A DNA stretch of 64,000 nt. Source: Auanema rhodensis. Lineage: Eukaryota > Animalia > Nematoda. Each line of letters starts with the position of its first letter. Position 1 is the stretch's first letter. The translations under genes were made by a program, and so were the position numbers. The stretch covers positions 310,001 to 374,000 of the forward strand of contig CAXKVF010000081.1 of assembly GCA_964057225.1 (NCBI GenBank), in the 5' to 3' direction. Positions 28,635-44,800 of this stretch are shown one piece after another. The notes under the pieces were generated by a model. It was not told the origin of the DNA. It made no database searches and saw nothing but the letters and a program-made list of their open reading frames with translations.

Positions 28635-30746
28635 TTGAAAACCGCATCTCTTTATCTTTCACGTGAAGCGAGTTACATACCAAGTGCACATCACGTGTAC
28701 ATTTAATTAGCATAAATTAAAGTTCACGTAAATTTCAAAGTCATGGTTACCATGAACCAATATCAATAAAAATTTGTTTTTAGACTAATATGGACATGGG
28801 GAATCTAATTTTGAAAACCGCATCTCTTTATCTTACACGTGAAGCGAGTTACATACCAAGTGCACATCACGTGTACATTTAATTAGCATAAATAAAAGTT
28901 CACGTAAATTTCAAAGTCATAGTTACCATGAACCAATATCAATGAAAATTTGTTTTTAGACTAATATGGACATGGGGAATCAAATTTTGAAAACCGCATC
29001 TCTTTATCTTTCACGTGAAGCGAGTTACATACCAAGTGCACATCACGTGTACATTTAATTAGCATAAATTAAAGTTCACGTAAATTTCAAAGTCATGGTT
29101 ACCATAAACCAATATCAATAAAAATTTGTTTTTAGACTAATATGGACATGGGGAATCTAATTTTAAAAACCGCATCTCTTTATCTTTCACGTGAAGCGAG
29201 TTACATACCAAGTGCACATCACGTGTACATTTAATAAGCATAAATTAAAGTTCACGTAAATTTCAAAGTCATGGTTACCATGCACCAATATCAATAAAAA
29301 TTTGTTTTTAGACTAATATGAACATGGGGAATCTAATTCTGAAAACCGCATCTCTTTATCTTTCACGTGAAGCGAGTTACATACCAAGTGCACATCACGT
29401 GTACATTTAATTAGCATAAATTAAAGTTCACGTAAATTTCAAAGTCATGGTTACCATGAACCAATATCAATAAAAGTTTGTTTTTAGACTAATATGGACA
29501 TGGGGAATCAAATTTTGAAAACCGCATCTCTTTATCTTTCACGTGAAGCGAGTTACATACCAAGTGCACATCACGTGTACATTTAATTAGCATAAATTAA
29601 AGTTCACGTAAATTTCAAAGTCATGGTTACCATGCACCAATATCAATGAAAATTTGTTTTTAGACTAATATGGACATGGGGAATCTAATTTTGAAAACCG
29701 CATCTCTTTATCTTTCACGTGAAGCGAGTTACATACCAAGTGCACATCACGTGTACATTTAATTAGCATAAATTAAAGTTCACGTAAATTTCAAAGTCAT
29801 GGTTACCATGAACCAATATCAATAAAAATTTGTTTTTAGACTAATATGGACATGGGGAATCTAATTTTGAAAACCGCATCTCTTTATCTTACACGTGAAG
29901 CGAGTTACATACCAAGTGCACATCACGTGTACATTTAATTAGCATAAATAAAAGTTCACGTAAATTTCAAAGTCATAGTTACCATGAACCAATATCAATG
30001 AAAATTTGTTTTTAGACTAATATGGACATGGGGAATCAAATTTTGAAAACCGCATCTCTTTATCTTTCACGTGAAGCGAGTTACATACCAAGTGCACATC
30101 ACGTGTACATTTAATTAGCATAAATTAAAGTTCACGTAAATTTCAAAGTCATGGTTACCATAAACCAATATCAATAAAAATTTGTTTTTAGACTAATATG
30201 GACATGGGGAATCTAATTTTAAAAACCGCATCTCTTTATCTTTCACGTGAAGCGAGTTACATACCAAGTGCACATCACGTGTACATTTAATAAGCATAAA
30301 TTAAAGTTCACGTAAATTTCAAAGTCATGGTTACCATGCACCAATATCAATAAAAATTTGTTTTTAGACTAATATGAACATGGGGAATCTAATTCTGAAA
30401 ACCGCATCTCTTTATCTTTCACGTGAAGCGAGTTACATACCAAGTGCACATCACGTGTACATTTAATTAGCATAAATTAAAGTTCACGTAAATTTCAAAG
30501 TCATGGTTACCATGAACCAATATCAATAAAAGTTTGTTTTTAGACTAATATGGACATGGGGAATCAAATTTTGAAAACCGCATCTCTTTATCTTTCACGT
30601 GAAGCGAGTTACATACCAAGTGCACATCACGTGTACATTTAATTAGCATAAATTAAAGTTCACGTAAATTTCAAAGTCATGGTTACCATGCACCAATATC
30701 AATGAAAATTTGTTTTTAGACTAATATGGACATGGGGAATCTAATT
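28635..30746 (+). repeat. Tandem 6-monomer (1056-bp) higher-order repeat, two copies
   Basis: The monomer carrying CTTACACG, AATAAAAG and CATAGTT starts at 28811 and 29867, and neighbouring monomers match in order. Confidence 0.88.
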
Positions 30747-31626
30747 TTGAAAACCGCATCTCTTTATCTTTCACGTGAAGCGAGTTACATACCAAGTGCA
30801 CATCACGTGTACATTTAATTAGCATAAATTAAAGTTCACGTAAATTTCAAAGTCATGGTTACCATAAACCAATATCAATAAAAATTTGTTTTTAGACTAA
30901 TATGGACATGGGGAATCTAATTTTAAAAACCGCATCTCTTTATCTTTCACGTGAAGCGAGTTACATACCAAGTGCACATCACGTGTACATTTAATAAGCA
31001 TAAATTAAAGTTCACGTAAATTTCAAAGTCATGGTTACCATGCACCAATATCAATAAAAATTTGTTTTTAGACTAATATGGACATGGGGAATCTAATTTT
31101 GAAAACCGCATCTCTTTATCTTTCACGTGAAGCGAGTTACATACCAAGTGCACATCACGTGTACATTTAATTAGCATAAATTAAAGTTCACGTAAATTTC
31201 AAAGTCATGGTTACCATGAACCAATATCAATAAAAATTTGTTTTTAGACTAATATGGACATGGGGAATCAAATTTTGAAAACCGCATCTCTTTATCTTTC
31301 ACGTGAAGCGAGTTACATACCAAGTGCACATCACGTGTACATTTAATTAGCATAAATTAAAGTTCACGTAAATTTCAAAGTCATGGTTACCATGCACCAA
31401 TATCAATAAAAATTTGTTTTTAGACTAATATGGACATGGGGAATCTAATTTTGAAAACCGCATCTCTTCATCTTTCACGTGAAGCGAGTTACATACCAAG
31501 TGCACATCACGTGTACATTTAATTAGCATAAATTAAAGTTCACGTAAATTTCAAAGTCATGGTTACCATGCACCAATATCAATAAAAATTTGTTTTTAGA
31601 CTAATATGAACATGGGGAATCTAATT

Positions 31627-34600
31627 CTGAAAACCGCATCTCTTTATCTTTCACGTGAAGCGAGTTACATACCAAGTGCACATCACGTGTACATTTAATT
31701 AGCATAAATTAAAGTTCACGTAAATTTCAAAGTCATGGTTACCATGAACCAATATCAATAAAAGTTTGTTTTTAGACTAATATGGACATGGGGAATCAAA
31801 TTTTGAAAACCGCATCTCTTTATCTTTCACGTGAAGCGAGTTACATACCAAGTGCACATCACGTGTACATTTAATTAGCATAAATTAAAGTTCACGTAAA
31901 TTTCAAAGTCATGGTTACCATGCACCAATATCAATAAAAATTTGTTTTTAGACTAATATGGACATGGGGAATCAAATTTTGAAAACCGCATCTCTTCATC
32001 TTTCACGTGAAGCGAGTTACATACCAAGTGCACATCACGTGTACATTTAATTAGCATAAATTAAAGTTCACGTAAATTTCAAAGTCATGGTTACCATGCA
32101 CCAATATCAATAAAAATTTGTTTTTAGACTAATATGGACATGGGGAATCTAATTTTGAAAACCGCATCTCTTTATCTTTCACGTGAAGCGAGTTACATAC
32201 CAAGTGCACATCACGTGTACATTTAATTAGCATAAATTAAAGTTCACGCAAATTTCAAAGTCATGGTTACCATGAACCAATATCAATGAAAATTTGTTTT
32301 TAGACTAATATGGACATGGGGAATCAAATTTTGAAAACCGCATCTCTTTATCTTTCACGTGAAGCGAGTTACATACCAAGTGCACATCACGTGTACATTT
32401 AATTAGCATAAATTAAAGTTCACGTAAATTTCAAAGTCATGGTTACCATGAACCAATATCAATAAAAATTTGTTTTTAGACTAATATGGACATGGGGAAT
32501 CTAATTTTGAAAACCGCATCTCTTTATCTTTCACGTGAAGCGAGTTACATACCAAGTGCACATCACGTGTACATTTAATTAGCATAAATTAAAGTTCACG
32601 TAAATTTCAAAGTCATGGTTACCATGCACCAATATCGATAAAAATTTGTTTTTAGACTAATATGGACATGGGGAATCTTATTTTGAAAACCGCATCTCTT
32701 TATCTTTCACGTGAAGCGAGTTACATACCAAGTGCACATCACGTGTACATTTAATTAGCATAAATTAAAGTTCACGTAAATTTCAAAGTCATGGTTACCA
32801 TGCACCAATATCAATAAAAATTCGTTTTTAGACTAATATGTACATGGGGAATCTTATTTTGAAAACCGCATCTCTTTATCTTTCACGTGAAGCGAGTTAC
32901 ATACCAAGTGCACATCACGTGTACATTTAATTAGCATAAATTAAAGTTCACGTAAATTTCAAAGTCATGGTTACCATGCACCAATATCAATAAAAATTTG
33001 TTTTTAGACTAATATGGATATGGGGAATCCAATTTTGAAAACCGCATCTCTTTATCTTTCACGTGAAGCGAGTTACATACCAAGTGCACATCACGTGTAC
33101 ATTTAATTAGCATAAATTAAAGTTCACGTAAATTTCAAAGTCATGGTTACCATGAACCAATATCAATAAAAATTTGTTTTTAGACTAATATGGACATGGG
33201 GAATCAAATTTTGAAAACCGCATCTCTTTATCTTTCACGTGAAGCGAGTTACATACCAAGTGCACATCACGTGTACATTTAATTAGCATAAATTAAAGTT
33301 CACGTAAATTTCAAAGTCATGGTTACCATGCACCAATATCAATAAAAATTTGTTTTTAGACTAATATGGACATGGGGAATCTAATTTTGAAAACCGCATC
33401 TCTTTATCTTTCACGTGAAGCGAGTTACATACCAAGTGCACATCACGTGTACATTTAATTAGCATAAATTAAAGTTCACGTAAATTTCAAAGTCATGGTT
33501 ACCATGCACCAATATCAATAAAAATTTGTTTTTAGACTAATATGGACATGGGGAATCTAATTTTGAAAACCGCATCTCTTTATCTTTCACGTGAAGCGAG
33601 TTACATACCAAGTGCACATCACGTGTACATTTAATTAGCATAAATTAAAGTTCACGTAAATTTCAAAGTCATGGTTACCATGCACCAATATCAATAAAAA
33701 TTTGTTTTTAGACTAATATGGACATGGGGAATCTAATTTTGAAAACCGCATCTCTTTATCTTTCACGTGAAGCGAGTTACATACCAAGTGCACATCACGT
33801 GTACATTTAATTAGCATAAATTAAAGTTCACGTAAATTTCAAAGTCATGGTTACCATGCACCAATATCAATAAAAATTTGTTTTTAGACTAATATGGACA
33901 TGGGGAATCTAATTTTGAAAACCGCATCTCTTTATCTTTCACGTGAAGCGAGTTACATACCAAGTGCACATCACGTGTACATTTAATTAGCATAAATTAA
34001 AGTTCACGTAAATTTCAAAGTCATGGTTACCATGCACCAATATCAATAAAAATTTGTTTTTAGACTAATATGGACATGAGGAATCTAATTTTGAAAACCG
34101 CATCTCTTTATCTTTCACGTGAAGCGAGTTACATACCAAGTGCACATCACGTGTACATTTAATTAGCATAAATTAAAGTTCACGTAAATTTCAAAGTCAT
34201 GGTTACCATGCACCAATATCAATAAAAATTTGTTTTTAGACTAATATGGATATGGGGAATCCAATTTTGAAAACCGCATCTCTTTATCTTTCACGTGAAG
34301 CGAGTTACATACCAAGTGCACATCACGTGTACATTTAATTAGCATAAATTAAAGTTCACGTAAATTTCAAAGTCATGGTTACCATGAACCAATATCAATA
34401 AAAGTTTGTTTTTAGACTAATATGGACATGGGGAATCAAATTTTGAAAACCGCATCTCTTTATCTTTCACGTGAAGCGAGTTACATACCAAGTGCACATC
34501 ACGTGTACATTTAATTAGCATAAATTAAAGTTCACGTAAATTTCAAAGTCATGGTTACCATGCACCAATATCAATAAAAATTTGTTTTTAGACTAATATG

Positions 34601-37600
34601 GATATGGGGAATCCAATTTTGAAAACCGCATCTCTTTATCTTTCACGTGAAGCGAGTTACATACCAAGTGCACATCACGTGTACATTTAATTAGCATAAA
34701 TTAAAGTTCACGTAAATTTCAAAGTCATGGTTACCATGAACCAATATCAATAAAAGTTTGTTTTTAGACTAATATGGACATGGGGAATCAAATTTTGAAA
34801 ACCGCATCTCTTTATCTTTCACGTGAAGCGAGTTACATACCAAGTGCACATCACGTGTACATTTAATTAGCATAAATTAAAGTTCACGTAAATTTCAAAG
34901 TCATGGTTACCATGCACCAATATCAATAAAAATTTGTTTTTAGACTAATATGGACATGGGGAATCAAATTTTGAAAACCGCATCTCTTCATCTTTCACGT
35001 GAAGCGAGTTACATACCAAGTGCACATCACGTGTACATTTAATTAGCATAAATTAAAGTTCACGTAAATTTCAAAGTCATGGTTACCATGCACCAATATC
35101 AATAAAAATTTGTTTTTAGACTAATATGGACATGGGGAATCTAATTTTGAAAACCGCATCTCTTTATCTTTCACGTGAAGCGAGTTACATACCAAGTGCA
35201 CATCACGTGTACATTTAATTAGCATAAATTAAAGTTCACGCAAATTTCAAAGTCATGGTTACCATGAACCAATATCAATGAAAATTTGTTTTTAGACTAA
35301 TATGGACATGGGGAATCAAATTTTGAAAACCGCATCTCTTTATCTTTCACGTGAAGCGAGTTACATACCAAGTGCACATCACGTGTACATTTAATTAGCA
35401 TAAATTAAAGTTCACGTAAATTTCAAAGTCATGGTTACCATGAACCAATATCAATAAAAATTTGTTTTTAGACTAATATGGACATGGGGAATCTAATTTT
35501 GAAAACCGCATCTCTTTATCTTTCACGTGAAGCGAGTTACATACCAAGTGCACATCACGTGTACATTTAATTAGCATAAATTAAAGTTCACGTAAATTTC
35601 AAAGTCATGGTTACCATGCACCAATATCGATAAAAATTTGTTTTTAGACTAATATGGACATGGGGAATCTTATTTTGAAAACCGCATCTCTTTATCTTTC
35701 ACGTGAAGCGAGTTACATACCAAGTGCACATCACGTGTACATTTAATTAGCATAAATTAAAGTTCACGTAAATTTCAAAGTCATGGTTACCATGCACCAA
35801 TATCAATAAAAATTCGTTTTTAGACTAATATGTACATGGGGAATCTTATTTTGAAAACCGCATCTCTTTATCTTTCACGTGAAGCGAGTTACATACCAAG
35901 TGCACATCACGTGTACATTTAATTAGCATAAATTAAAGTTCACGTAAATTTCAAAGTCATGGTTACCATGCACCAATATCAATAAAAATTTGTTTTTAGA
36001 CTAATATGGATATGGGGAATCCAATTTTGAAAACCGCATCTCTTTATCTTTCACGTGAAGCGAGTTACATACCAAGTGCACATCACGTGTACATTTAATT
36101 AGCATAAATTAAAGTTCACGTAAATTTCAAAGTCATGGTTACCATGAACCAATATCAATAAAAATTTGTTTTTAGACTAATATGGACATGGGGAATCAAA
36201 TTTTGAAAACCGCATCTCTTTATCTTTCACGTGAAGCGAGTTACATACCAAGTGCACATCACGTGTACATTTAATTAGCATAAATTAAAGTTCACGTAAA
36301 TTTCAAAGTCATGGTTACCATGCACCAATATCAATAAAAATTTGTTTTTAGACTAATATGGACATGGGGAATCTAATTTTGAAAACCGCATCTCTTTATC
36401 TTTCACGTGAAGCGAGTTACATACCAAGTGCACATCACGTGTACATTTAATTAGCATAAATTAAAGTTCACGTAAATTTCAAAGTCATGGTTACCATGCA
36501 CCAATATCAATAAAAATTTGTTTTTAGACTAATATGGACATGGGGAATCTAATTTTGAAAACCGCATCTCTTTATCTTTCACGTGAAGCGAGTTACATAC
36601 CAAGTGCACATCACGTGTACATTTAATTAGCATAAATTAAAGTTCACGTAAATTTCAAAGTCATGGTTACCATGCACCAATATCAATAAAAATTTGTTTT
36701 TAGACTAATATGGACATGGGGAATCTAATTTTGAAAACCGCATCTCTTTATCTTTCACGTGAAGCGAGTTACATACCAAGTGCACATCACGTGTACATTT
36801 AATTAGCATAAATTAAAGTTCACGTAAATTTCAAAGTCATGGTTACCATGCACCAATATCAATAAAAATTTGTTTTTAGACTAATATGGACATGGGGAAT
36901 CTAATTTTGAAAACCGCATCTCTTTATCTTTCACGTGAAGCGAGTTACATACCAAGTGCACATCACGTGTACATTTAATTAGCATAAATTAAAGTTCACG
37001 TAAATTTCAAAGTCATGGTTACCATGCACCAATATCAATAAAAATTTGTTTTTAGACTAATATGGACATGAGGAATCTAATTTTGAAAACCGCATCTCTT
37101 TATCTTTCACGTGAAGCGAGTTACATACCAAGTGCACATCACGTGTACATTTAATTAGCATAAATTAAAGTTCACGTAAATTTCAAAGTCATGGTTACCA
37201 TGCACCAATATCAATAAAAATTTGTTTTTAGACTAATATGGATATGGGGAATCCAATTTTGAAAACCGCATCTCTTTATCTTTCACGTGAAGCGAGTTAC
37301 ATACCAAGTGCACATCACGTGTACATTTAATTAGCATAAATTAAAGTTCACGTAAATTTCAAAGTCATGGTTACCATGAACCAATATCAATAAAAATTTG
37401 TTTTTAGACTAATATGGACATGGGGAATCAAATTTTGAAAACCGCATCTCTTTATCTTTCACGTGAAGCGAGTTACATACCAAGTGCACATCACGTGTAC
37501 ATTTAATTAGCATAAATTAAAGTTCACGTAAATTTCAAAGTCATGGTTACCATGCACCAATATCAATAAAAATTTGTTTTTAGACTAATATGGACATGGG

Positions 37601-40600
37601 GAATCTAATTTTGAAAACCGCATCTCTTTATCTTTCACGTGAAGCGAGTTACATACCAAGTGCACATCACGTGTACATTTAATTAGCATAAATTAAAGTT
37701 CACGTAAATTTCAAAGTCATGGTTACCATGCACCAATATCAATAAAAATTTGTTTTTAGACTAATATGGACATGGGGAATCTAATTTTGAAAACCGCATC
37801 TCTTTATCTTTCACGTGAAGCGAGTTACATACCAAGTGCACATCACGTGTACATTTAATTAGCATAAATTAAAGTTCACGTAAATTTCAAAGTCATGGTT
37901 ACCATGCACCAATATCAATAAAAATTTGTTTTTAGACTAATATGGACATGGGGAATCAAATTTTGAAAACCGCATCTCTTCATCTTTCACGTGAAGCGAG
38001 TTACATACCAAGTGCACATCACGTGTACATTTAATTAGCATAAATTAAAGTTCACGTAAATTTCAAAGTCATGGTTACCATGCACCAATATCAATAAAAA
38101 TTTGTTTTTAGACTAATATGGACATGGGGAATCTAATTTTGAAAACCGCATCTCTTTATCTTTCACGTGAAGCGAGTTACATACCAAGTGCACATCACGT
38201 GTACATTTAATTAGCATAAATTAAAGTTCACGTAAATTTCAAAGTCATGGTTACCATGAACCAATATCAATAAAAGTTTGTTTTTAGACTAATATGGACA
38301 TGGGGAATCAAATTTTGAAAACCGCATCTCTTTATCTTTCACGTGAAGCGAGTTACATACCAAGTGCACATCACGTGTACATTTAATTAGCATAAATTAA
38401 AGTTCACGTAAATTTCAAAGTCATGGTTACCATGCACCAATATCAATAAAAATTTGTTTTTAGACTAATATGGACATGGGGAATCAAATTTTGAAAACCG
38501 CATCTCTTCATCTTTCACGTGAAGCGAGTTACATACCAAGTGCACATCACGTGTACATTTAATTAGCATAAATTAAAGTTCACGTAAATTTCAAAGTCAT
38601 GGTTACCATGCACCAATATCAATAAAAATTTGTTTTTAGACTAATATGGACATGGGGAATCTAATTTTGAAAACCGCATCTCTTTATCTTTCACGTGAAG
38701 CGAGTTACATACCAAGTGCACATCACGTGTACATTTAATTAGCATAAATTAAAGTTCACGCAAATTTCAAAGTCATGGTTACCATGAACCAATATCAATG
38801 AAAATTTGTTTTTAGACTAATATGGACATGGGGAATCAAATTTTGAAAACCGCATCTCTCTATCTTTCACGTGAAGCGAGTTACATACCAAGTGCACATC
38901 ACGTGTACATTTAATTAGCATAAATTAAAGTTCACGTAAATTTCAAAGTCATGGTTACCATGAACCAATATCAATAAAAATTTGTTTTTAGACTAATATG
39001 GACATGGGGAATCTAATTTTGAAAACCGCATCTCTTTATCTTTCACGTGAAGCGAGTTACATACCAAGTGCACATCACGTGTACATTTAATTAGCATAAA
39101 TTAAAGTTCACGTAAATTTCAAAGTCATGGTTACCATGCACCAATATCGATAAAAATTTGTTTTTAGACTAATATGGACATGGGGAATCTTATTTTGAAA
39201 ACCGCATCTCTTTATCTTTCACGTGAAGCGAGTTACATACCAAGTGCACATCACGTGTACATTTAATTAGCATAAATTAAAGTTCACGTAAATTTCAAAG
39301 TCATGGTTACCATGCACCAATATCAATAAAAATTCGTTTTTAGACTAATATGTACATGGGGAATCTTATTTTGAAAACCGCATCTCTTTATCTTTCACGT
39401 GAAGCGAGTTACATACCAAGTGCACATCACGTGTACATTTAATTAGCATAAATTAAAGTTCACGTAAATTTCAAAGTCATGGTTACCATGCACCAATATC
39501 AATAAAAATTTGTTTTTAGACTAATATGGATATGGGGAATCCAATTTTGAAAACCGCATCTCTTTATCTTTCACGTGAAGCGAGTTACATACCAAGTGCA
39601 CATCACGTGTACATTTAATTAGCATAAATTAAAGTTCACGTAAATTTCAAAGTCATGGTTACCATGAACCAATATCAATAAAAATTTGTTTTTAGACTAA
39701 TATGGACATGGGGAATCAAATTTTGAAAACCGCATCTCTTTATCTTTCACGTGAAGCGAGTTACATACCAAGTGCACATCACGTGTACATTTAATTAGCA
39801 TAAATTAAAGTTCACGTAAATTTCAAAGTCATGGTTACCATGCACCAATATCAATAAAAATTTGTTTTTAGACTAATATGGACATGGGGAATCTAATTTT
39901 GAAAACCGCATCTCTTTATCTTTCACGTGAAGCGAGTTACATACCAAGTGCACATCACGTGTACATTTAATTAGCATAAATTAAAGTTCACGTAAATTTC
40001 AAAGTCATGGTTACCATGCACCAATATCAATAAAAATTTGTTTTTAGACTAATATGGACATGGGGAATCTAATTTTGAAAACCGCATCTCTTTATCTTTC
40101 ACGTGAAGCGAGTTACATACCAAGTGCACATCACGTGTACATTTAATTAGCATAAATTAAAGTTCACGTAAATTTCAAAGTCATGGTTACCATGCACCAA
40201 TATCAATAAAAATTTGTTTTTAGACTAATATGGACATGGGGAATCTAATTTTGAAAACCGCATCTCTTTATCTTTCACGTGAAGCGAGTTACATACCAAG
40301 TGCACATCACGTGTACATTTAATTAGCATAAATTAAAGTTCACGTAAATTTCAAAGTCATGGTTACCATGCACCAATATCAATAAAAATTTGTTTTTAGA
40401 CTAATATGGACATGGGGAATCTAATTTTGAAAACCGCATCTCTTTATCTTTCACGTGAAGCGAGTTACATACCAAGTGCACATCACGTGTACATTTAATT
40501 AGCATAAATTAAAGTTCACGTAAATTTCAAAGTCATGGTTACCATGCACCAATATCAATAAAAATTTGTTTTTAGACTAATATGGACATGAGGAATCTAA

Positions 40601-40778
40601 TTTTGAAAACCGCATCTCTTTATCTTTCACGTGAAGCGAGTTACATACCAAGTGCACATCACGTGTACATTTAATTAGCATAAATTAAAGTTCACGTAAA
40701 TTTCAAAGTCATGGTTACCATGCACCAATATCAATAAAAATTTGTTTTTAGACTAATATGGATATGGGGAATCCAATT
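31627..40778 (+). repeat. 15-monomer (2640-bp) higher-order unit in three copies: 31627-34266, 34619-37258, 38139-40778
   Basis: CACGCAAA at 32249/35241/38761, ATCGATA at 32637/35629/39149 and TTCGTT at 32823/35815/39335; offsets are 17 and 20 monomers. Confidence 0.92.
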
Positions 40779-41825
40779 TTGAAAACCGCATCTCTTTATC
40801 TTTCACGTGAAGCGAGTTACATACCAAGTGCACATCACGTGTACATTTAATTAGCATAAATTAAAGTTCACGTAAATTTCAAAGTCATGGTTACCATGAA
40901 CCAATATCAATAAAAATTTGTTTTTAGACTAATATGGACATGGGGAATCGAATTTTGAAAACCGCATCTCTTTATCTTTCACGTGAAGCGAGTTACATAC
41001 CAAGTGCACATCACGTGTACATTTAATTAGCATAAATTAAAGTTCACGTAAATTTCAAAGTCATGGTTACCATGCACCAATATCAATAAAAATTTGTTTT
41101 TAGACTAATATGGACATGGGGAATCTAATTTTGAAAACCGCATCTCTTTATCTTTCACGTGAAGCGAGTTACATACCAAGTGCACATCACGTGTACATTT
41201 AATTAGCATAAATTAAAGTTCACGTAAATTTCAAAGTCATGGTTACCATGCACCAATATCAATAAAAATTTGTTTTTAGACTAATATGGACATGGGGAAT
41301 CTAATTTTGAAAACCGCATCTCTTTATCTTTCACGTGAAGCGAGTTACATACCAAGTGCACATCACGTGTACATTTAATTAGCATAAATTAAAGTTCACG
41401 TAAATTTCAAAGTCATGGTTACCATGCACCAATATCAATAAAAATTTGTTTTTAGACTAATATGGACATGGGGAATCTAATTTTGAAAACCGCATCTCTT
41501 TATCTTTCACGTGAAGCGAGTTACATACCAAGTGCACATCACGTGTACATTTAATTAGCATAAATTAAAGTTCACGTAAATTTCAAAGTCATGGTTACCA
41601 TGCACCAATATCAATAAAAATTTGTTTTTAGACTAATATGGACATGGGGAATCTAATTTTGAAAACCGCATCTCTTTATCTTTCACGTGAAGCGAGTTAC
41701 ATACCAAGTGCACATCACGTGTACATTTAATTAGCATAAATTAAAGTTCACGTAAATTTCAAAGTCATGGTTACCATGAACCAATATCAATGAAAATTTG
41801 TTTTTAGACTAATATGGACATGGGG

Positions 41826-41828
41826 AAT
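41826..41828. other. Left inversion breakpoint with 3-bp microhomology (AAT)
   Basis: CATGGGG-AAT-TAAATGTAC: AAT is both forward positions 168-170 and reverse positions 74-72. Confidence 0.93.
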
Positions 41829-44800
41829 TAAATGTACACGTGATGTGCACTTGGTATGTAACTCGCTTCACGTGAAAGATAAAGAGATGCGGTTTTCAAA
41901 ATTTGATTCCCCATGTCCATATTAGTCTAAAAACAAATTTTCATTGATATTGGTGCATGGTAACCATGACTTTGAAATTTACGTGAACTTTAATTTATGC
42001 TAATTAAATGTACACGTGATGTGCACTTGGTATGTAACTCGCTACACGTGAAAGATAAAGAGATGCGGTTTTCAAAATTAGATTCCTCATGTCCATATTA
42101 GTCTAAAAACAAATTTTTATTGATATTGGTGCATGGTAACCATGACTTTGAAATTTACGTGAACTTTAATTTATGCTAATTAAATGTACACGTGATGTGC
42201 ACTTGGTATGTAACTCGCTTCACGTGAAAGATAAAGAGATGCGGTTTTCAAAATTAGATTCCCCATGTACATATTAGTCTAAAAACGAATTTTTATTGAT
42301 ATTGGTGCATGGTAACCATGACTTTGAAATTTACGTGAACTTTAATTTATGCTAATTAAATGTACACGTGATGTGCACTTGGTATGTAACTCGCTTCACG
42401 TGAAAGATAAAGAGATGCGGTTTCCAAAATTTGATTCCCCATGTCCATATTAGTCTGAATACAAATTTTCATTGATATTGGTTCATGGTAACCATGACTT
42501 TGAATTTTACGTGAACTTTAATTTATGCTAATTAAATGTACACGTGATGTGCACTTGGTATGTAACTCGCTTCACGTGAAAGATAAAGAGATGCGGTTTT
42601 CAAAATTTGATTCCCCATGTCCATATTAGTCTGAATACAAATTTTCATTGATATTGGTTCATGGTAACCATGACTTTGAAATTTACGTGAACTTTAATTT
42701 ATGCTAATTAAATGTACACGTGATGTGCACTTGGTATGTAACTCGCTTCACGTGAAAGATAAAGAGATGCGGTTTTCAAAATTAGATTTCCCATGTCCAT
42801 ATTAGTCTAAAAACAAATTTTTATTGATATTGGTGCATGGTAACCATGACTTTGAAATTTACGTGAACTTTAATTTATGCTAATTAAATGTACACGTGAT
42901 GTGCACTTGGTATGTAACTCGCTACACGTGAAAGATAAAGAGATGCGGTTTTCAAAATTAGATTCCTCATGTCCATATTAGTCTAAAAACAAATTTTTAT
43001 TGATATTGGTGCATGGTAACCATGACTTTGAAATTTACGTGAACTTTAATTTATGCTAATTAAATGTACACGTGATGTGCACTTGGTATGTAACTCGCTT
43101 CACGTGAAAGATAAAGAGATGCGGTTTTCAAAATTTGATTCCCCATGTCCATATTAGTCTGAATACAAATTTTCATTGATATTGGTTCATGGTAACCATG
43201 ACTTTGAAATTTACGTGAACTTTAATTTATGCTAATTAAATGTACACGTGATGTGCACTTGGTATGTAACTCGCTTCACGTGAAAGATAAAGAGATGCGG
43301 TTTTCAAAATTAGATTTCCCATGTCCATATTAGTCTAAAAACAAATTTTTATTGATATTGGTGCATGGTAACCATGACTTTGAAATTTACGTGAACTTTA
43401 ATTTATGCTAATTAAATGTACACGTGATGTGCACTTGGTATGTAACTCGCTACACGTGAAAGATAAAGAGATGCGGTTTTCAAAATTAGATTCCTCATGT
43501 CCATATTAGTCTAAAAACAAATTTTTATTGATATTGGTGCATGGTAACCATGACTTTGAAATTTACGTGAACTTTAATTTATGCTAATTAAATGTACACG
43601 TGATGTGCACTTGGTATGTAACTCGCTTCACGTGAAAGATAAAGAGATGCGGTTTTCAAAATTAGATTCCCCATGTACATATTAGTCTAAAAACGAATTT
43701 TTATTGATATTGGTGCATGGTAACCATGACTTTGAAATTTACGTGAACTTTAATTTATGCTAATTAAATGTACACGTGATGTGCACTTGGTATGTAACTC
43801 GCTTCACGTGAAAGATAAAGAGATGCGGTTTCCAAAATTTGATTCCCCATGTCCATATTAGTCTGAATACAAATTTTCATTGGTATTGGTTCATGGTAAC
43901 CATGACTTTGAATTTTACGTGAACTTTAATTTATGCTAATTAAATGTACACGTGATGTGCACTTGGTATGTAACTCGCTTCACGTGAAAGATAAAGAGAT
44001 GCGGTTTTCAAAATTAGATTTCCCATGTCCATATTAGTCTAAAAACAAATTTTTATTGATATTGGTGCATGGTAACCATGACTTTGAAATTTACGTGAAC
44101 TTTAATTTATGCTAATTAAATGTACACGTGATGTGCACTTGGTATGTAACTCGCTTCACGTGAAAGATAAAGAGATGCGGTTTTCAAAATTAGATTCCTC
44201 ATGTCCATATTAGTCTAAAAACAAATTTTTATTGATATTGGTGCATGGTAACCATGACTTTGAAATTTACGTGAACTTTAATTTATGCTAATTAAATGTA
44301 CACGTGATGTGCACTTGGTATGTAACTCGCTTCACGTGAAAGATAAAGAGATGCGGTTTTCAAAATTAGATTCCCCATGTCCATATTAGTCTAAAAACAA
44401 ATTTTTATTGATATTGGTGCATGGTAACCATGACTTTGAAATTTACGTGAACTTTAATTTATGCTAATTAAATGTACACGTGATGTGCACTTGGTATGTA
44501 ACTCGCTTCACGTGAAAGATAAAGAGATGCGGTTTTCAAAATAAGATTCCCCATGTACATATTAGTCTAAAAACGAATTTTTATTGATATTGGTGCATGG
44601 TAACCATGACTTTGAAATTTACGTGAACTTTAATTTATGCTAATTAAATGTACACGTGATGTGCACTTGGTATGTAACTCGCTTCACGTGAAAGATAAAG
44701 AGATGCGGTTTTCAAAATTAGATTCCCCATGTCCATATTAGTCTAAAAACAAATTTTTATTGATATTGGTGCATGGTAACCATGACTTTGAAATTTACGT

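Larger units (their letters stand above)
1..41828 (+). repeat. 176-bp tandem satellite array, forward block 1 (about 238 monomers)
   Basis: TTGAAAACCGCATCTCTTTATC recurs at 1, 177, 353, 529, 705, 881 and onward. Register shifts occur only at about 1812 (+40), 1996 (-30), 2846 (-30), 8923 (-1), 9167 (-31), 9243 (-1) and 11706 (-1). From 12091 to 41659 the spacing is exactly 168 x 176. Confidence 0.99.
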
